Made by a program: the position numbers and the translations under genes. From Octopus sinensis (lineage: Eukaryota), in the NCBI RefSeq assembly GCF_006345805.1, contig NC_043004.1, positions 39,742,001 through 39,806,000 on the forward strand: a stretch of DNA of 64,000 bases, given 5' to 3'. Position 1 is the first letter of the stretch. The number at the start of each line of letters is the position of its first letter. Positions 49,724 to 64,000 of the stretch are shown piece after piece. Below the pieces are notes generated by a model, which made no database searches, was not told where the DNA came from, and worked only from the letters and a program-made list of their open reading frames with translations.

Positions 49724-51046
49724 GCTTCTTGTTTCTGCTGACAGCAAATTCTCTCTCTCTCTCTCTCTCCCTCTCCCTCTCCCTCTCTCTCTCTCTCACT
49801 CTCTCACTCACCCACTCACTCACTCGCTCGCTCTCCCTCCTTCTCTCTCTGTCGACCTATTCTCTCCCTCTGTCCATTAATTCACCCTTCTCTCTCTTTC
49901 TATCTATCAATTCACTCTTTCTTTTTCTCTCGCTCTGTCTCTCTATCTTGCTATGAATATAATTATCTATCTATCTATCTATCTATCTACATATCTATCT
50001 ATCTACCTATCTATCTACCAATCTGTGTAGCTACCTATTTGTTTAAAAGTGCAGAGGGTACGAATCTCATGAATCATATGTGAGGTATGTCAAGTAGGAG
50101 AGTAGTGAGCCGTAGTAACTGAATATGAAAGGTTTAGAGATTTATAGAGAAAAGTGGTTAGATGTGTAACATTAACTGCTGTGTAGGGTCGAGCATGAGT
50201 AAGGTGAGAGGGAGGATGAGCATTAAAAGTATTAGCCTATACGAACTCACTTGTATGGATATGTGACGTCATTACACACATACGTGCACACACGCACACG
50301 CACATGCAGAGAAAGAGAGAGAAAAAGGGGAACATATACACACGTATAGATACTGACCATATATATATATATAAGAATGAATGTTTTTATATATAATGAA
50401 CGTGAAATACAGGAAGGGACGAACACGGAACACAGACAAATCATTCGAAGCCTTCAATCTTCAGTCAGACACCGAATCATCATAGCAAATTTCGGCTGTT
50501 CAATTCTGATATTTGCTCCAACTCGGCCAGCCCCAAGAAAAAAAACTAAGCTGTAAGCATTAGATTTCTTGGTAGAAGACAGGAATGTGAACGCACAAGA
50601 CGGATGTGAATACAGAGACAAAAACGAAATTGAAAACAGTAATGAATAAACAAAATATATATAACGGTGGTTGTCATACGACTTTAGACCAAATGAGACA
50701 AAACAACAACAACATAGCAGCTGGCGTAGAAATAATTACCGTTTCGGTAGCGGGGGGACACATGTTGGTCGAGATACGAAGGCCAACAGAATGGTTGAAG
50801 AAGCAGCAGGTCGCAGGAGAGAGAGAAAGAGAGACAGAGAGAGAGGGAATCAAAGAGGGTGGAAGGCAGGGGACAGAATCAGTGACCAAGAGAAAAGGAG
50901 AAAGAAGGGATTAAGGAGGATGGGAGGAAGAGGGGAGGAGGAGGGAGGAAGAGAGGGGAAGAATCGGAGGGCGCCAAAAAGTTTGGTGCTGAGTATATAT
51001 ATTATATATATATATGTATATAAATGTATATATATGTATATATATG

Positions 51047-51115
<69 letters not shown>

Positions 51116-51131
51116 GATATATATATATGTA

Positions 51132-51520
51132 TACTCTTTTACTCTTTCAGTCATTCAACTGCGGCCATGCTGGAGCACCGCCTTTTAGTCGAGCAAATCG
51201 ACCTCGGGACTTATTCTTTGTAAGCCCAGTACTTATTCTATCGGTCTTTTGCCGAATCGCTAAGTGACGGGGACGTAAACACACCAGCATCGGTTGTCAA
51301 GCAATGCTAGGGGGACAAACACAGACACACAAACACACACATATATATTTATATACATATATACGACAGGCTTCTTTCAGTTTCCGTATACCAAGTCCAC
51401 TCACAAGGCATTGGTCGGCCCGGGGCTATAGCAGAAGACACTTGCCCAAGATGCCACGCAGTGGGACTGAACCCGGAACCATGTGGCTGGTTAGCAAGCT
51501 ACTTACCACTCAGCCACTCG
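51132..51520 (-). mobile_element. SINE family B
   Basis: Reverse complement of the consensus. Confidence 0.88.
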
Positions 51521-51822
51521 TATATATGTATATATATGCATATATGTATATATATCTATATATATCTATATATATGTATATATATATATATGTATGTATA
51601 TGTATATATATATATGTATGTATATATATATATATGTATGTATATATATATATATGTATGTATGTATATATATATATGTATGTATATATATATATATGTA
51701 TGTATGTATATATATATATGTATGTATATATATATGTATGTATGTATATATATATTATGTATGTATATATATATATATGTATATATATAATATATGTATA
51801 TATAATATATGTATATATATAT

Positions 51823-51867
<45 letters not shown>
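51521..51867. repeat. Compound (TA)n/(TATG)n microsatellite
   Basis: Direct inspection. Confidence 0.95.
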
Positions 51868-51868
<1 letters not shown>

Positions 51869-52197
51869 GGAGTAAACACATAAATGTGAAACAAGGTGGA
51901 AAAAAGAGTACTCAAATACCAGTGGTAGAGTAATATGCTTTATTTAAAGCAGCAGAAAATTCAACAAAATCTGTTACTCTGAGTTTCCCGTTGCCGTTCA
52001 TATATGCACATATAGGCGCAGGAGTGGCTGTGTGATAAGAAACTTGCTTGCCAACCATTTGGTTCGGGGTTCAGTCCTACTGTGTGGCACCGTGGGCCAG
52101 TGTCTTCTACTATAGCCTCGGCTTGATCAACGACTTGTGAGTGGATTTGGTAGACGGAAACTGAAAAATCTCGTCGTATATATGTCTGTGTGTGTGA

Positions 52198-52251
<54 letters not shown>

Positions 52252-52394
52252 AATAAAAGTTTGAAGAGAGTGAACCAGAACGACCAGAGTCTAATGACTG
52301 AAGCCAGACAATGAACACATACACACACGCATACATATGTGTGTATGTGTGCGTATATATGAATGTATGTATGTATACACGTGTAGATATACAC

Positions 52395-52437
<43 letters not shown>

Positions 52438-53409
52438 TCTATTGTTTTTATTCGTCTCAGTCATTTGACTGCGGCCATGCTGGAGCACCTTCGAGTTTTA
52501 TTGAAGTTCTTGAGAGAGTTCAAGCCGGCCGCTAACATAGCGACAAGAAATTCTTTAGTTAAGAGAGTTCCCGGTATTTGTAAATATCTAGGTTGAATTT
52601 TGTTGGTTGAACTGTTGATACGTACAACCTCGTGTGTGCATGTATTCACATAAGAATCTCAGGTGGAGAATTTTCAGAATGTCTTACAGATTTTCACTGT
52701 GCCACGAATAGATTGGATTTAGAGGAATCCGCATCAGTTTCTTTTGCTCTTTCTCCGTGAACCCAATTATTTCTAGGTTTTCGGTCAAATTTTTTGTTAC
52801 ATAACCTTATGCATCTATGAAGGATAGATACAAATGAGAATGTATATTCATGTATGTATGTACGTATGTATGTATCACTTACTGCCGATGGCAAAGTAAC
52901 CCAAAACAGCCTGTAACATGGTCTAGTAGGACCGTGGGTGACACGACCGGAAGCCCTACCGGCTCTGCTTGGCAAGGGAAGTGATTTGTGTTGAACACTC
53001 TACACGATGGCAAAACCTGTCAGACAGAGAAAGGTTGAACTCAGTAGAGTCAACACCCATCCAACAGCTTGCAGTGAGAGACCCCTAGTCTTTGTTTAGA
53101 CATCTCTCTACAAGAAGGAAATTCCGAAATAACACCCGCCTCACTGCGGAGCCAGAAATCCTGCTCTTGATTGTTTCTGGACTACCTGGCTTTGAAGGTG
53201 AGTTTTAACGTTGTTAAGCAAGTTGCTTTTGACTTCAAATTTCGGCGTAAGCGCCACTGACAGCCATTGTCTATAACATTTAGGATAAGATAATATATCA
53301 GTGAGTTATACTCGCCTACGCATTGATAGCCACCATGTTTGAATGGTTTCTCTCTCTCTCTCTCTCTCTCTCTTCTCTTTCTCTCTCTCTCTTTCTCTCT
53401 CTCTCTTTT

Positions 53410-53448
<39 letters not shown>

Positions 53449-53672
53449 TTCACTCACTCTGTGTGTGCTTGCGCGTGCGTGTGTGTGAAAGAATGAGAGA
53501 ACTGCATATATTTGTCGAGTTAGATTGTGGGATTTGAAAGTTCAGCATCAGTATGTATACATATATGTATACATATATGTATACATACATATATATATAT
53601 ATATATAAATGCATTCCTATATATATGTATACATATATATATATATATATACATATACACATATACATGCAT

Positions 53673-53723
<51 letters not shown>

Positions 53724-54691
53724 ACAGTCTTCCATACAGTTTCTGTCTATCAAATTCGCTCACAAGGAATTAGTCGTACCGTAGCTGCTATAGTACAGAA
53801 CACTGGCCCTAGGTCCCAAGGTGCCACGCAGTAGGACCGAACCCGAAACCACGTGATTGCAATGTGCGCTTTTTAACCACACAACAGTGTCCTGTCCGTA
53901 CCGATAGCATTTATCATTTTTGTTGGGCGATATTTAATCTGTACAGCAGCTAAAACTGAAAGAACGTTACCTATTGCAAGCAACACTGCTAAAGACAGCG
54001 AAACTAGAGAGTAATTGCACAATACCCGAAGCGTTGCCAACATTAAATATAACGTCAGCCCACGTTCAATTCCATGAGTCACAACTACAGAATTCAAAGA
54101 AGAATGAACTTGTTGATGAGAGAGTTCAGTTTTCGTTTCCTGTTATATTGTATGAAGAGCAGACATGTAATATAAAAATGTTCTGGTTATTATTTCAAGA
54201 ATTGAAGAATTGTTTGAATATGGGTACAATGCGTTCGTTTTTTGTTTTGTATTGTTTTTGTCTAGGTTTCGTCTTTATTTCTTTTATTTTTATAATTTTT
54301 TTTTTTTTTTGCTAAAATGGAAGTGGAAATTAGATAAAACAAATAGCTTCAATATGGATGATATGTGGGTGTTTGAAGAAATAATGAAAAAATATATAAA
54401 AGAGGAAAAAACAAACGTTGCGTAAAACATGACATAGATTTTGAAGAAATGAAATTCTCAGACATAGACAGTGGGGGAGTTGTAAAAGAACACGTTGTCG
54501 GCAGTGTTGTGGTTGCTATTGATGATGATGATGATGATGGTGATGATGGTGATGGTGATGATGATGGTGATGATGACGATGTTGTTGCTGTTGTTTGGCA
54601 ACCAAGTTAGCCCCGATCGATCACTCTCTCATCAGGCATTACATTCGTGACCATTTCCTTGTTTTTGGAGCATATTGTATTTAATACTATA

Positions 54692-54734
<43 letters not shown>

Positions 54735-55219
54735 TGGTGGTGGTTGTGGTGGTGGTTGTGGTGGTGGTGGTCGTCGTCGTGGGTAGTTGGTGGTTGGTAG
54801 TGGTGGTGGTGGTGGTGGGTGGGGTTTTGGCGGTGGGTTGGATGGATGGGTGGGTGGTGGTGGTGGTGGTGGTGGTGGTAAGCTGTAGGTCAACCTTGAT
54901 CGAGCAGACCTTTAGCGAAAACTTTCCGGCCGTAACCATCCCTCCATTATTTTAGCAAACATAGCTGTTTATCTGGAACCACATTATCCTACATGCTTTA
55001 ACATTTATTTTAAGACAGTAAAATGTTATTGGAAGGTTGAATTTCATTGTTATCGTTTAGGTTGCTGCTTCCGCAACCAACATTTTCAGTAACTTATTTA
55101 CACATGATACGAGTGGGCCTCTAACGTGGTCGCTCGAATTGCAACCATTTCTCACTCAAATTATAGCTTTCTGCCTTACAAACCAAGGGTTTATTGTATA
55201 ATATAGTCCTAAATAAAAG

Positions 55220-56020
55220 TGGCGAGCTGACAGAATAGTTAACATGCCGGACAAAATGCTTACTAGCCTTTTTCCGTTTTACGTTCTGAGTTCATATTCC
55301 GCCGTGATCGACTTTGCATTTCATCTGTACGGGGTCGATAGAATAAGTACCAATTGAGTACCGGGGTTTATGTTATCGACTAGCCTACTCGCGCAAAATT
55401 TCGGGCCTTGTGCTTATAACATAAAATAATATTGTCCTAAATCTATTATCTTTACTAAAATACAGGATGGTCATTGTTGGAATGCCTTAGATAATAAATT
55501 AGTTTTGTCTGTATTCATCCGGAGCTAAACAAGAGCAACGACAAGGAAGCTTTTATACAGACACTTGATCATCTAGAAAATTCTATTGCTTTAGTTATCT
55601 TTAAAAATATGGTATGGCCAGAAATTACATTTGACCATTTGTCTCTTCGATCGGAATGGACCTGTTGCTAAACTACAGCACACGATTCACCGGTCAGTAT
55701 TCCTAAGATGCTCTTTAGTAAAGCATGAGTATTGTTACCGTGATAGATATGAGTCTAGTGAATGGAAACCATAATATAACAGACACTTAAGGCGTCGAGT
55801 TAGCAGAATCGTTATCACACCGGGCAAAATGCTCAACCGTGTTTCGGCATTTTGTTCCTCTTTACTTTCTGAGTTCAAATTCGGCCGAGGTCAACTTTGT
55901 CTTTCATCGTTTCGAAGTTCGATAAAATAAGCACTGGTAGATCACTGGGATCGATGCAATCAACTTATTCCCTCTTCCGAAGTTACTGGCTTTGGGCCAA
56001 AATTTGAAACCATTATAACA
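55220..56020 (+). mobile_element. Two diverged family A SINEs (about 55220-55430 and 55795-56020)
   Basis: ggcgagctgacagaa head, core gactttgcatttcatc, A2-type tails. Confidence 0.7.
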
Positions 56021-56690
56021 GATATTTGTTTTGAACGACACTTTATAGTAATGGAAATAAGATGACAAACAGTGAAATATTCAGTCAGATCAAATATGTC
56101 AGATTTTGTTAGTTCTACACTTTACCGTTTCTGACAATTCTTCTGCTAACCTTCCATAGAAATATATATTTATCAAAGGGTCCGAGACTAATTCATTCCA
56201 CTTGGCGGTTTTATCATACACGACCTAAGTTTTTATTGGTTTTTGTTCGTTTGCTTGTTATATGCAAGGTCTGTTGTTTTTTATCCGAATATTTGCTAGC
56301 TTGTTTGCTTTGTACCTTGTTTTCTTTGTTGCCAACAATATTTGGAAGCCAGATCTTGTAGAGATTTGAACGTAATCTTTTGGCATCTTCTCAAATTCTC
56401 TTCTATTTTGAAACAAGTATAGCATACATCTGTATCACTCACCTTCCATTATCTCTTCCTGCTGCCTGTCTCTCTCCTTTTCTCTCTCTTTCTGTCACTC
56501 ACTCCTCCTTCTCTCTCACCTTTTCTGTCTCCCTCACTCTCTCTCTCTCTCTCTCTCTCTCTCCCTTTCAATATGTAACTGGTTATATGATTCTCTGATA
56601 GGAAACTGTGAAAGTGTTTATTAGTTATTTGTTTCTTCAACAACAATAGCAATGGTGAATGTTACCTTCGCCAAGATATATTAACAAGTC

Positions 56691-57160
56691 ATGTAACCCA
56701 GTATATTAAGCGACTAGAATCCTTCGGTCACCTCTGTCTACGTCGCATCCTTCGTGTCCGATAGCATCACTTTGTCTCCAACAATTCGGTGCGACACCAG
56801 TGCAGAATCACCTCCCTCCGACAAGTCATCCTAACGAGACTTCTACGTTGGCTGGGTCATGCCCTCCGTCGTCAACCAGGAGAATTCATCTACGAAGCAA
56901 TTGCCCCAGCTCCCCTTCAGGGTTGGCGAAAGCGATGTGGTGGACAACGAAAAACCTGGCTGATGACAGTCAAGGCTGATCTGGAACCCAACCTATGCCC
57001 CCATATCTACGGCGTTCGCCGTTGGAATAAAGAGTGGTTGGAGATCACGCGGTCGTTAGCCTTAAATCGCCAGGCCTGGTCGGCCTTTGTGAGAGATGCA
57101 GCATTGAGGATGAATGAAGCCAGCTCAACCCACCCCAGGTGAATGCTGTAAGAAGAAGAG
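56691..57160 (+). mobile_element. 5'-truncated RTE-clade LINE with an (AAG)n tail and 11-bp TSD
   Basis: CLRRILRV...RLLRWLGHALRR...GWRKRCGGQRKTW...LALNRQAW; TSD attaacaagtc at 56680-56690 and 57161-57171. Confidence 0.87.
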
Positions 57161-57748
57161 ATTAACAAGTCGTCTATCTCTCAACACCCTCATTCACGAA
57201 CTGAAACGAATCACACCATCGTAACCAACAAAACAAACTGCATCCATAAACAAGTGGGAAATGTTAAAATATACAGAGTAGTGGAGGGTGTAAAAAGGGG
57301 GGGGCTATGCTTTAAGGGAGGCGTAATTAGGGTGTATGGAATTCATGATCATTACAGGTAATTAACACGAATGGACCTTATGGTCATTTGCGGTAAAAAG
57401 GAAACTAAACCCCTCCCTACGTTGTTGTTGTTGTGGTGGTGGTGGTGGAGGGGAGAAACGTAAGTCGATGACATCGACCCCAGTGCTTAACTGGTACTTA
57501 TTTTATCGACCCCGAAATGATGAAAAGTAAAGGTGACGTCGGTTGGATTTGAGATCAGAGCGTTAAGAACCGGAAGAAATGCCGCTAAGCATTTAGTCCG
57601 ACGCACCAATGACTCTGTCACTTCGCCGCTTTGATAGTCACTAAAAGCAACAGGAGCAAGTGTGGTCTGACGTAAACCACTTCGTGGTATCAGTATTCAT
57701 AACAGTGGTGGTGGCGGTGGCAGCAACGGCTCCAGCAGCAACAGCAGC

Positions 57749-57795
<47 letters not shown>

Positions 57796-58420
57796 CGCGG
57801 TGGTGATGGTGGTGGTGGTGGTGGTTGTAGTTGCGACATCGATAATGATGGCTGGTTGATAGTGGTTGTAGGAAGACAGTCTATAAACCGAAGCTATATA
57901 CAGCTAGCTTGCAATGGATTATTAATCGATAACAAAGTTGATTTTATCGATTTTTTCCAATTGATTTTTAGTTGATTTCATATTTTTTTTTATTTGAAAT
58001 ACAATGGAAAAGTAAAATTTTACTGCGCGTATTGAATTTCAACGTGAGAATATTTTGTTTTTATTTTAATGCACGCGTGAGTGCACCCACCCGCCACATG
58101 CATACACGCACGCACGCACCCATGCACCCATGCACCCATGCACGCACATACTGATACACAAACGCACACAAACTCTTACACACACACACAACATACACAC
58201 ACAAACTCACTCACACGCAAATACACAAACGCTACATACACCCACACACTTGCATGCACGCACACACACACACATACGCAAATGCACACACATTTACACA
58301 CGCGCATGCACACACACACTCGCACACGTACACACAAACACATGCATTTCCTCGCATGCACACTATCACATACCGACGCACGTATATGCATACACAACGC
58401 GTGCACACAACATATGCACA

Positions 58421-58451
<31 letters not shown>

Positions 58452-58472
58452 CACCACACCATATATATATAT

Positions 58473-58520
<48 letters not shown>

Positions 58521-58622
58521 TATGCGTGCATGGGAGTGTGTGGTTGTTGGCTGAATCGGTAGAACACTGGAAAATTCATAACGGTATTTATTTACTGCAC
58601 TCTACGTTGTGAGTTCGATCCC

Positions 58623-59039
58623 GGCCGCGAAATGTTTTTCTCACGTGAGTTCCGGACCCCAGTTATGAACTCATTTGCATACAGCCAATCAGAGCTCAAC
58701 CATCAGACTGATTTATGAATGCATAACAAGTGATGGGCGTAGCCGTATTTCGTCTACCGTTCCGTTCAAATTCCGCCGAGGTCGACTTTGCCTTTCATCT
58801 TTTCGGGGTCGATGAATTAAGTACCAGTTACGCACTGGGGTCGATGTAATCGACTCAGTCCGTCTGTCTGTCCTTGTTTGTCTCCTCTGTGTTTAGCCCC
58901 TTGTGGGTAGTAAAGAAATAGGTAGAGTGTGTCTGTCAACTTGACAACAAGGTCAAGGTGACCTCTGATTGGCTGTATGCAAATGATTTCATTACTAGGG
59001 TCCGGAACTCTCGTGGGAAAGAAAATTCGCATCCTGGCC
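58623..59039. mobile_element. Inverted-repeat element (arms of about 75 bp) with a family A1 SINE (58740-58921) inside
   Basis: gagttccggaccc...tcatttgcatacagccaatcagag at 58647-58694 and its reverse complement at 58963-59010. Confidence 0.65.
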
Positions 59040-59299
59040 AAGGTAAATTTTGCTCCTCGTTTTTACTCAATGACAGCTGCACTAAGAACAAAGCTATGTC
59101 CATAATCCTATATGGAACTATGTAACGAACTTAAAAATACACAAATTTGTAACCGTAAGTAATTATTTTCTTTTAGTCGAAAAAAATAATGGAAAATTTC
59201 TTTGAACAGTTTCCCAGTTTGCTTTGTCTGAAGGTGATATTTATAGCACCGACAGTCTTCCAGAATTCGTCTTCGAGTTCGCTGAATAATTTGTGGTGG

Positions 59300-59340
<41 letters not shown>

Positions 59341-59559
59341 AGGGTCTGGGTCTGTATAAGTGCGTGAGTGACTGCGTCGCTGTGCGTGTGTATGTGTGTT
59401 GATAGAAAGAGAGAGAGAGAGAGAGAGCGTGTGTGTGTGTTTCACTGTCTGTGTGTTTACATGACAGTGTGTTAGGTTGAATATAATGTACTAGTGTCAA
59501 GCAGAGTGGGGAGTAGATAGAGCTGATACCAGGTAGGTAGGTAGATCGATTGATCGATC

Positions 59560-59611
<52 letters not shown>

Positions 59612-59705
59612 TGAATGTATCAGTGTTTATGCGAATTATACATGAATGGCTCCTCCGTCGATTGTAACGATGAGTATTCACTCGTTCAATCATTATATAT
59701 ACAGG

Positions 59706-60707
59706 ATGTATATATATATATATGTATATATATATATGTATGTATGAATGTATGTATGTATGTATGTATGTATATATATATATGTATGTATGTATGTATA
59801 TATATGTATGTATGTATGTATGTATATATATATATGTATGTATGTATGCATATATATATGTATGTATGTATGCATATATAGTATGTATGTATGTATGCAT
59901 ATATATATGTAGGATGTATGTATGTATATATATATATGTAGGTATGTAGTATGTATGTAATATATATATGTATGTATGTATAATATGTATGTATATCATA
60001 TATATGTATGTATATATCTATATGTAGTATGTATATATATATATGTATGTGTGTATGTTATATATATATATGTATGTATATATATGTATATATATATGTA
60101 TGTATGTATGTATATATATGTATATATATATGTATGTATGTATATATATGTATATATATATGTATGTATACATATATATGTATGTATACATATATATGTG
60201 TGTATATATATATGTATGTATATATATATATGTATATATATGTATGTATGTACATATATATATATGTATGTGTGTATATATATATGTATATATATGTGTG
60301 TATATATATATATGTATATATATGTATGTATGTACATATATATATGTATGTGTGTATATATATATATATGTGTATATATGTATGTATGTACATATATATA
60401 TATGTATGTGTGTATATATATGTATGTACATATATATATATGTATGTGTGTATATATATGTATATGTGTGTATATATATGTATATGTGTGTATATACATG
60501 TATATGTATGTATATATATGTATATATATGTATGTATATATATGTATATATATGTATGTATATATATATATGTATATATATGTATGTATATATATGTATA
60601 TATATGATGTATATTATATGTAGTATATTATTATGTATATATATATATGTAATATATGTATTATATATGTATATATATGTATGTATATATTTATATATGT
60701 ATGTATG

Positions 60708-60741
<34 letters not shown>

Positions 60742-60760
60742 TATGCATATATGTATTTGC
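59706..60760. repeat. Compound TA/TATG/TG microsatellite field of about 1 kb
   Basis: Direct inspection; source of many spurious ORFs. Confidence 0.95.
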
Positions 60761-60999
60761 ATATGAATAACTGTATCACGAGTTTCCCATTGTTATTATA
60801 TCCATTTTTTCTCCTATATAACCTAAACTCCGGTTTACCAACCCGAACCACCTGCTACCGTACAACCTTACAAAAGACTGTACCTACCCAGGTAATAACC
60901 GGAGCGACTTTGGATTTAATTATCCCTTAGAGGTATTAAAAACCCTCTATCCGATACCAATACATACACACACACACACATATATATTATATATATATA

Positions 61000-61036
<37 letters not shown>

Positions 61037-61323
61037 AACCTACCCATTTGTATGTATCGTTGGGCACTTTGAAGTGCAACACGAACAACGTCTGGCTCGG
61101 GGTCTAATAAAGTTGATTCAGTGACCCTTTGAAAATTACGTAGAAGGGAAGTAACTAGGTAACTACTCCTTCTTAGGACTTGCGAACGTTACTACGCATC
61201 GCTCACTGTATTTCGTTGTTGCGGGAAGGTTTGATAGTAAGGCGGAGAAACACATTATTATGATGAGAAGTGAGAAAAGACGTGCACGGAGTTACGTCTA
61301 ACATCTTCCAGCAAAGCATTTAC

Positions 61324-62085
61324 ATAGGCGCAGGCGTGTTTGTGTGGTAATAAGGTTACTGCCTAACCACATGATTCCGGGCTCAGTCCCACTGCATGGC
61401 ACCCTGGGCAAGTGTCCTCTACTATAGCCTCGGGCCGAACAAAGCCTTTCGGGTGGATTTGGTAGACGGAAACTGAAAGAAACCCTTCGCATATGTGTGC
61501 GTTTGTGTATGTGTGTGTCTGTCTATCTGTCTGTTTGTCCGCCGCCACCGCTTGATAACCGACGTTGCTGTTAGTTAGTTAGTTAGTTAGTTAGTTAATT
61601 TTTTGGCTCAAAAGCAAAAAGCCAAAAGCCAAGGTAGGGGGACATGGAGTTATGTACAGGGGTGGTGTTCATTGTAAAGAGTTCAGGCCACTTGTGGGTC
61701 AAGGAGACTTTGAACCGAGCGGTCGTCGGCATCGTCACTATCTCGTCCGGCAGCTTATTCCACTGATCCACAACCCGACGGACGGAGAAAGCCCTTCTCC
61801 TTCGATTGAGATGGAAATCGTAGTAGATAGAGCTTTTCGGAGTGACCCACCACAGCCGACGCTCGGGAGGGAGAGTGAAGAACAGCTCTTTCGAGAGGTT
61901 ACACTTTCCGCTTATGATGTTGTGAGCAAGAATGAGATCATCACGACGTTGTCGTTTTTAGGTCCCCTTAAGTTAGTGGTTCGGTAAAGTGACCAAGTGA
62001 ATAAGTGTCAGGCTTTAAAAAGTATGTCCTGGTGTCGATTTGTTCGAATAAAACCCTTCGCGGCTGAAACAAGTAAAAAGTAAAA
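61324..62085 (+). mobile_element. Diverged SINE family B interrupted by a CR1 fragment
   Basis: 5' part 61324-61570; the consensus resumes (ggtcccc..agttagtggttcgg) at about 61950-62085. Confidence 0.72.
61571..61948 (-). mobile_element. 5'-truncated CR1-clade LINE with a (TAAC)n tail
   Basis: Minus strand RRDDLILAHNIISG...RRRAFSVRRVVDQWNKLPDEIV...FKVSL, the typical CR1 ORF2 C-terminus; imperfect TSD gacgttg(ct/tc)g. Confidence 0.85.
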
Positions 62086-62459
62086 GACGAAGGATTTCGC
62101 ATCTGAGAGAAAAAGCTACATGTCAAACAATGAGATATACAATCATCAAGGGACCCACAAATAAAATAGTAAAATAAAGGGGTATCATTGGATTTGATCG
62201 ACAACGATTAGGAAATAAGTCCATCGCTTGTAACAACATTTAAAAGAAAAACGCTGTATTGTTCCAGAATCCGTGACGTTGTGATTTTTGTCAATTTGAT
62301 TGGCTGAAACCTTTGAAAGAGGTTCCAGAGAAGGGAAATGGACAATGAACTAATAAAGGAAAGAACATACAGATATGAATGAATATGGTTGCATAGATAT
62401 ATGAATGTATGTATGTACACGCACGCACACACACACGCACACACACATATATATATATA

Positions 62460-62511
<52 letters not shown>

Positions 62512-62903
62512 TTTTAATGTGTACAAATAACACGGAAAAAATAAATAGTTACCAGGGTAGCAGAAATTCTGAAAAGTGCCAAGGATGTTACAGCCTTGGC
62601 ACTTGTAAAGGTAGAAGTTCCAGGGTTTAGTGAAATGTTTTTGTATTACATAGATAAATTAAAAAATGGAGCTAACGCAGGTGTTATACAAATTTGTATA
62701 CTTCTGACATATGTTTCGAAGAAAACATTGGTATTATACCTGAGGGTGTAAAATGATATAAAACAATTTAATCATCTCGTCAAGGAAAAATGAGAAACAA
62801 ACCATTTCAATAAGCCATTTTAACCGAATGTGATTACCGCGTATATGATGAAGGGAACGCTGGCAAGTTATTTTTTAAAACACCCTTAATAGATTTAACG
62901 TCA

Positions 62904-63076
62904 TAGGCGCAGGATTGGCTGTGTGGTAAGTAGCTTGCTTACCAACCACATGGTTCCGGGTTCTGTCCCACTGCGTGGCATTTTGGGCAAGTGTCTTCTG
63001 CTATAGCCCCGGGCCGACCAATGCATTGTGAGTGGATTTGGTAGACGGAAACTGAAAGAAGCCCGTCGTATATATG

Positions 63077-63111
<35 letters not shown>

Positions 63112-63317
63112 CTGTGTTTGTCCCCCTAGCATTGCTTGACAACCGATGCTGGTGTGTTTACGTCCCCGTAACTTAGTGGTTCGGCAAAAGAGACCGATAG
63201 AATAAGTACTGGGCTTACAAAGAATAAGTTCCGGGGTTGAGTTGCTCGATTAAAAGGCGGTGCTCCAGCATGGCCGCAGTCAAATGACTGAAACAAGTAA
63301 AAGAGTAAAAGAGTAAA
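62904..63317 (+). mobile_element. SINE family B
   Basis: Full consensus. Confidence 0.9.
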
Positions 63318-63744
63318 GGCAATGTAAAGAAAGGCAAGGAGGAGAAAGAAAGAAATTAACAGAAAATTAAGAGTGAAGAAATATAGTACGACAGATGAGA
63401 AGAAATAAAGCTTAAAGGCGTTTCAATAGATATATGTAGCGGAAATAAAATGTAAGAAGACAGTCAAAATTTGAATTTTGTAGATTGCTAAACTACATAT
63501 AGGAACGAAGGGTAAGCTTTTACCAATGTTTGCAACGATAAACGCGTTCATCGTACACACCGGTAATCACATTCGATTAAAGTGGCTTATTCATATGGTT
63601 TGTTCCTTTTTCTTTTTTCTCCCTGGCGAGATGATTACATTGTTTTACATCATTTTATTACTCAGGAATAATAGCAATGTTTCTTCGAAACATATAGCGG
63701 AAGTATAAACATTTGAATAGCACCTGCATTTAATACCATTTCTT

Positions 63745-63869
63745 AATTATATATATATTATATATATATATATAATATATATATAATGTTATATATATAT
63801 ATATATATAATGTGTATATAATATATATAATGTTTAGTATATAATATATAATGTGTATATATATATATA

Positions 63870-63906
<37 letters not shown>

Positions 63907-64000
63907 GTATATAATATATATATATATAATGATATATATATATATATAATGTATATATATATATATATAATGTATATATATATATATAATGTGTATATAT
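63745..64000. repeat. (TA)n-rich microsatellite running off the window end
   Basis: Direct inspection. Confidence 0.95.

Noticed and set aside
54515-54880. Pro/Thr/Val-rich ORFs over (GAT)n, (TAG)n and (GGT)n; similar at 57700-57860 and 20080-20160
   Set aside because: Compound trinucleotide microsatellites with no splice or domain support
59472-60930. Many long ORFs (poly YI/MY/CV) here and at 3-222, 14841-15108, 37502-37765, 51304-51933, 53450-53834 and 58081-58612
   Set aside because: Translations of TA/TG/TATG microsatellites, which simply lack stop codons

Overview
AT-rich eukaryotic genomic DNA, very rich in microsatellites and transposons. The repeat landscape (tRNA-headed SINEs with internal microsatellites, RTE/CR1/Tx1 LINEs, huge TA/TATG/TATC fields) looks like a coleoid cephalopod, probably octopus; that is pattern recognition, not a database result. 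One host gene can be assembled on the + strand from phase-compatible exons: three LDL-receptor class A exons (22626-22742, 26170-26295, 33610-33735), a Thr-rich mucin-like exon (36742-37175) and a charged exon ending in a hydrophobic stretch (47275-47637). Its first exon(s) and last exon were not found. Most of the rest is mobile DNA: a near-complete Tx1-clade LINE (1909-8000) with two 3' fragments, several SINE families, RTE and CR1 fragments, Tc1/mariner and piggyBac remnants, and a MITE with 8-bp TSDs. Three observations stand out. (1) Short (TA)n-embedded, Penelope-like elements carry type I hammerhead ribozyme motifs, with a complete canonical one at 9202-9291 (-) and an inverted pair at 39546-39743. 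(2) One SINE subfamily shares its terminal 40 nt (33/40 identical, ungapped) with the Tx1 LINE. (3) All three Tx1 copies sit in TATC/TACC microsatellites, suggesting target specificity. Almost all ORFs in the supplied track outside these regions are microsatellite artefacts. Boundaries of degenerate repeats are approximate.
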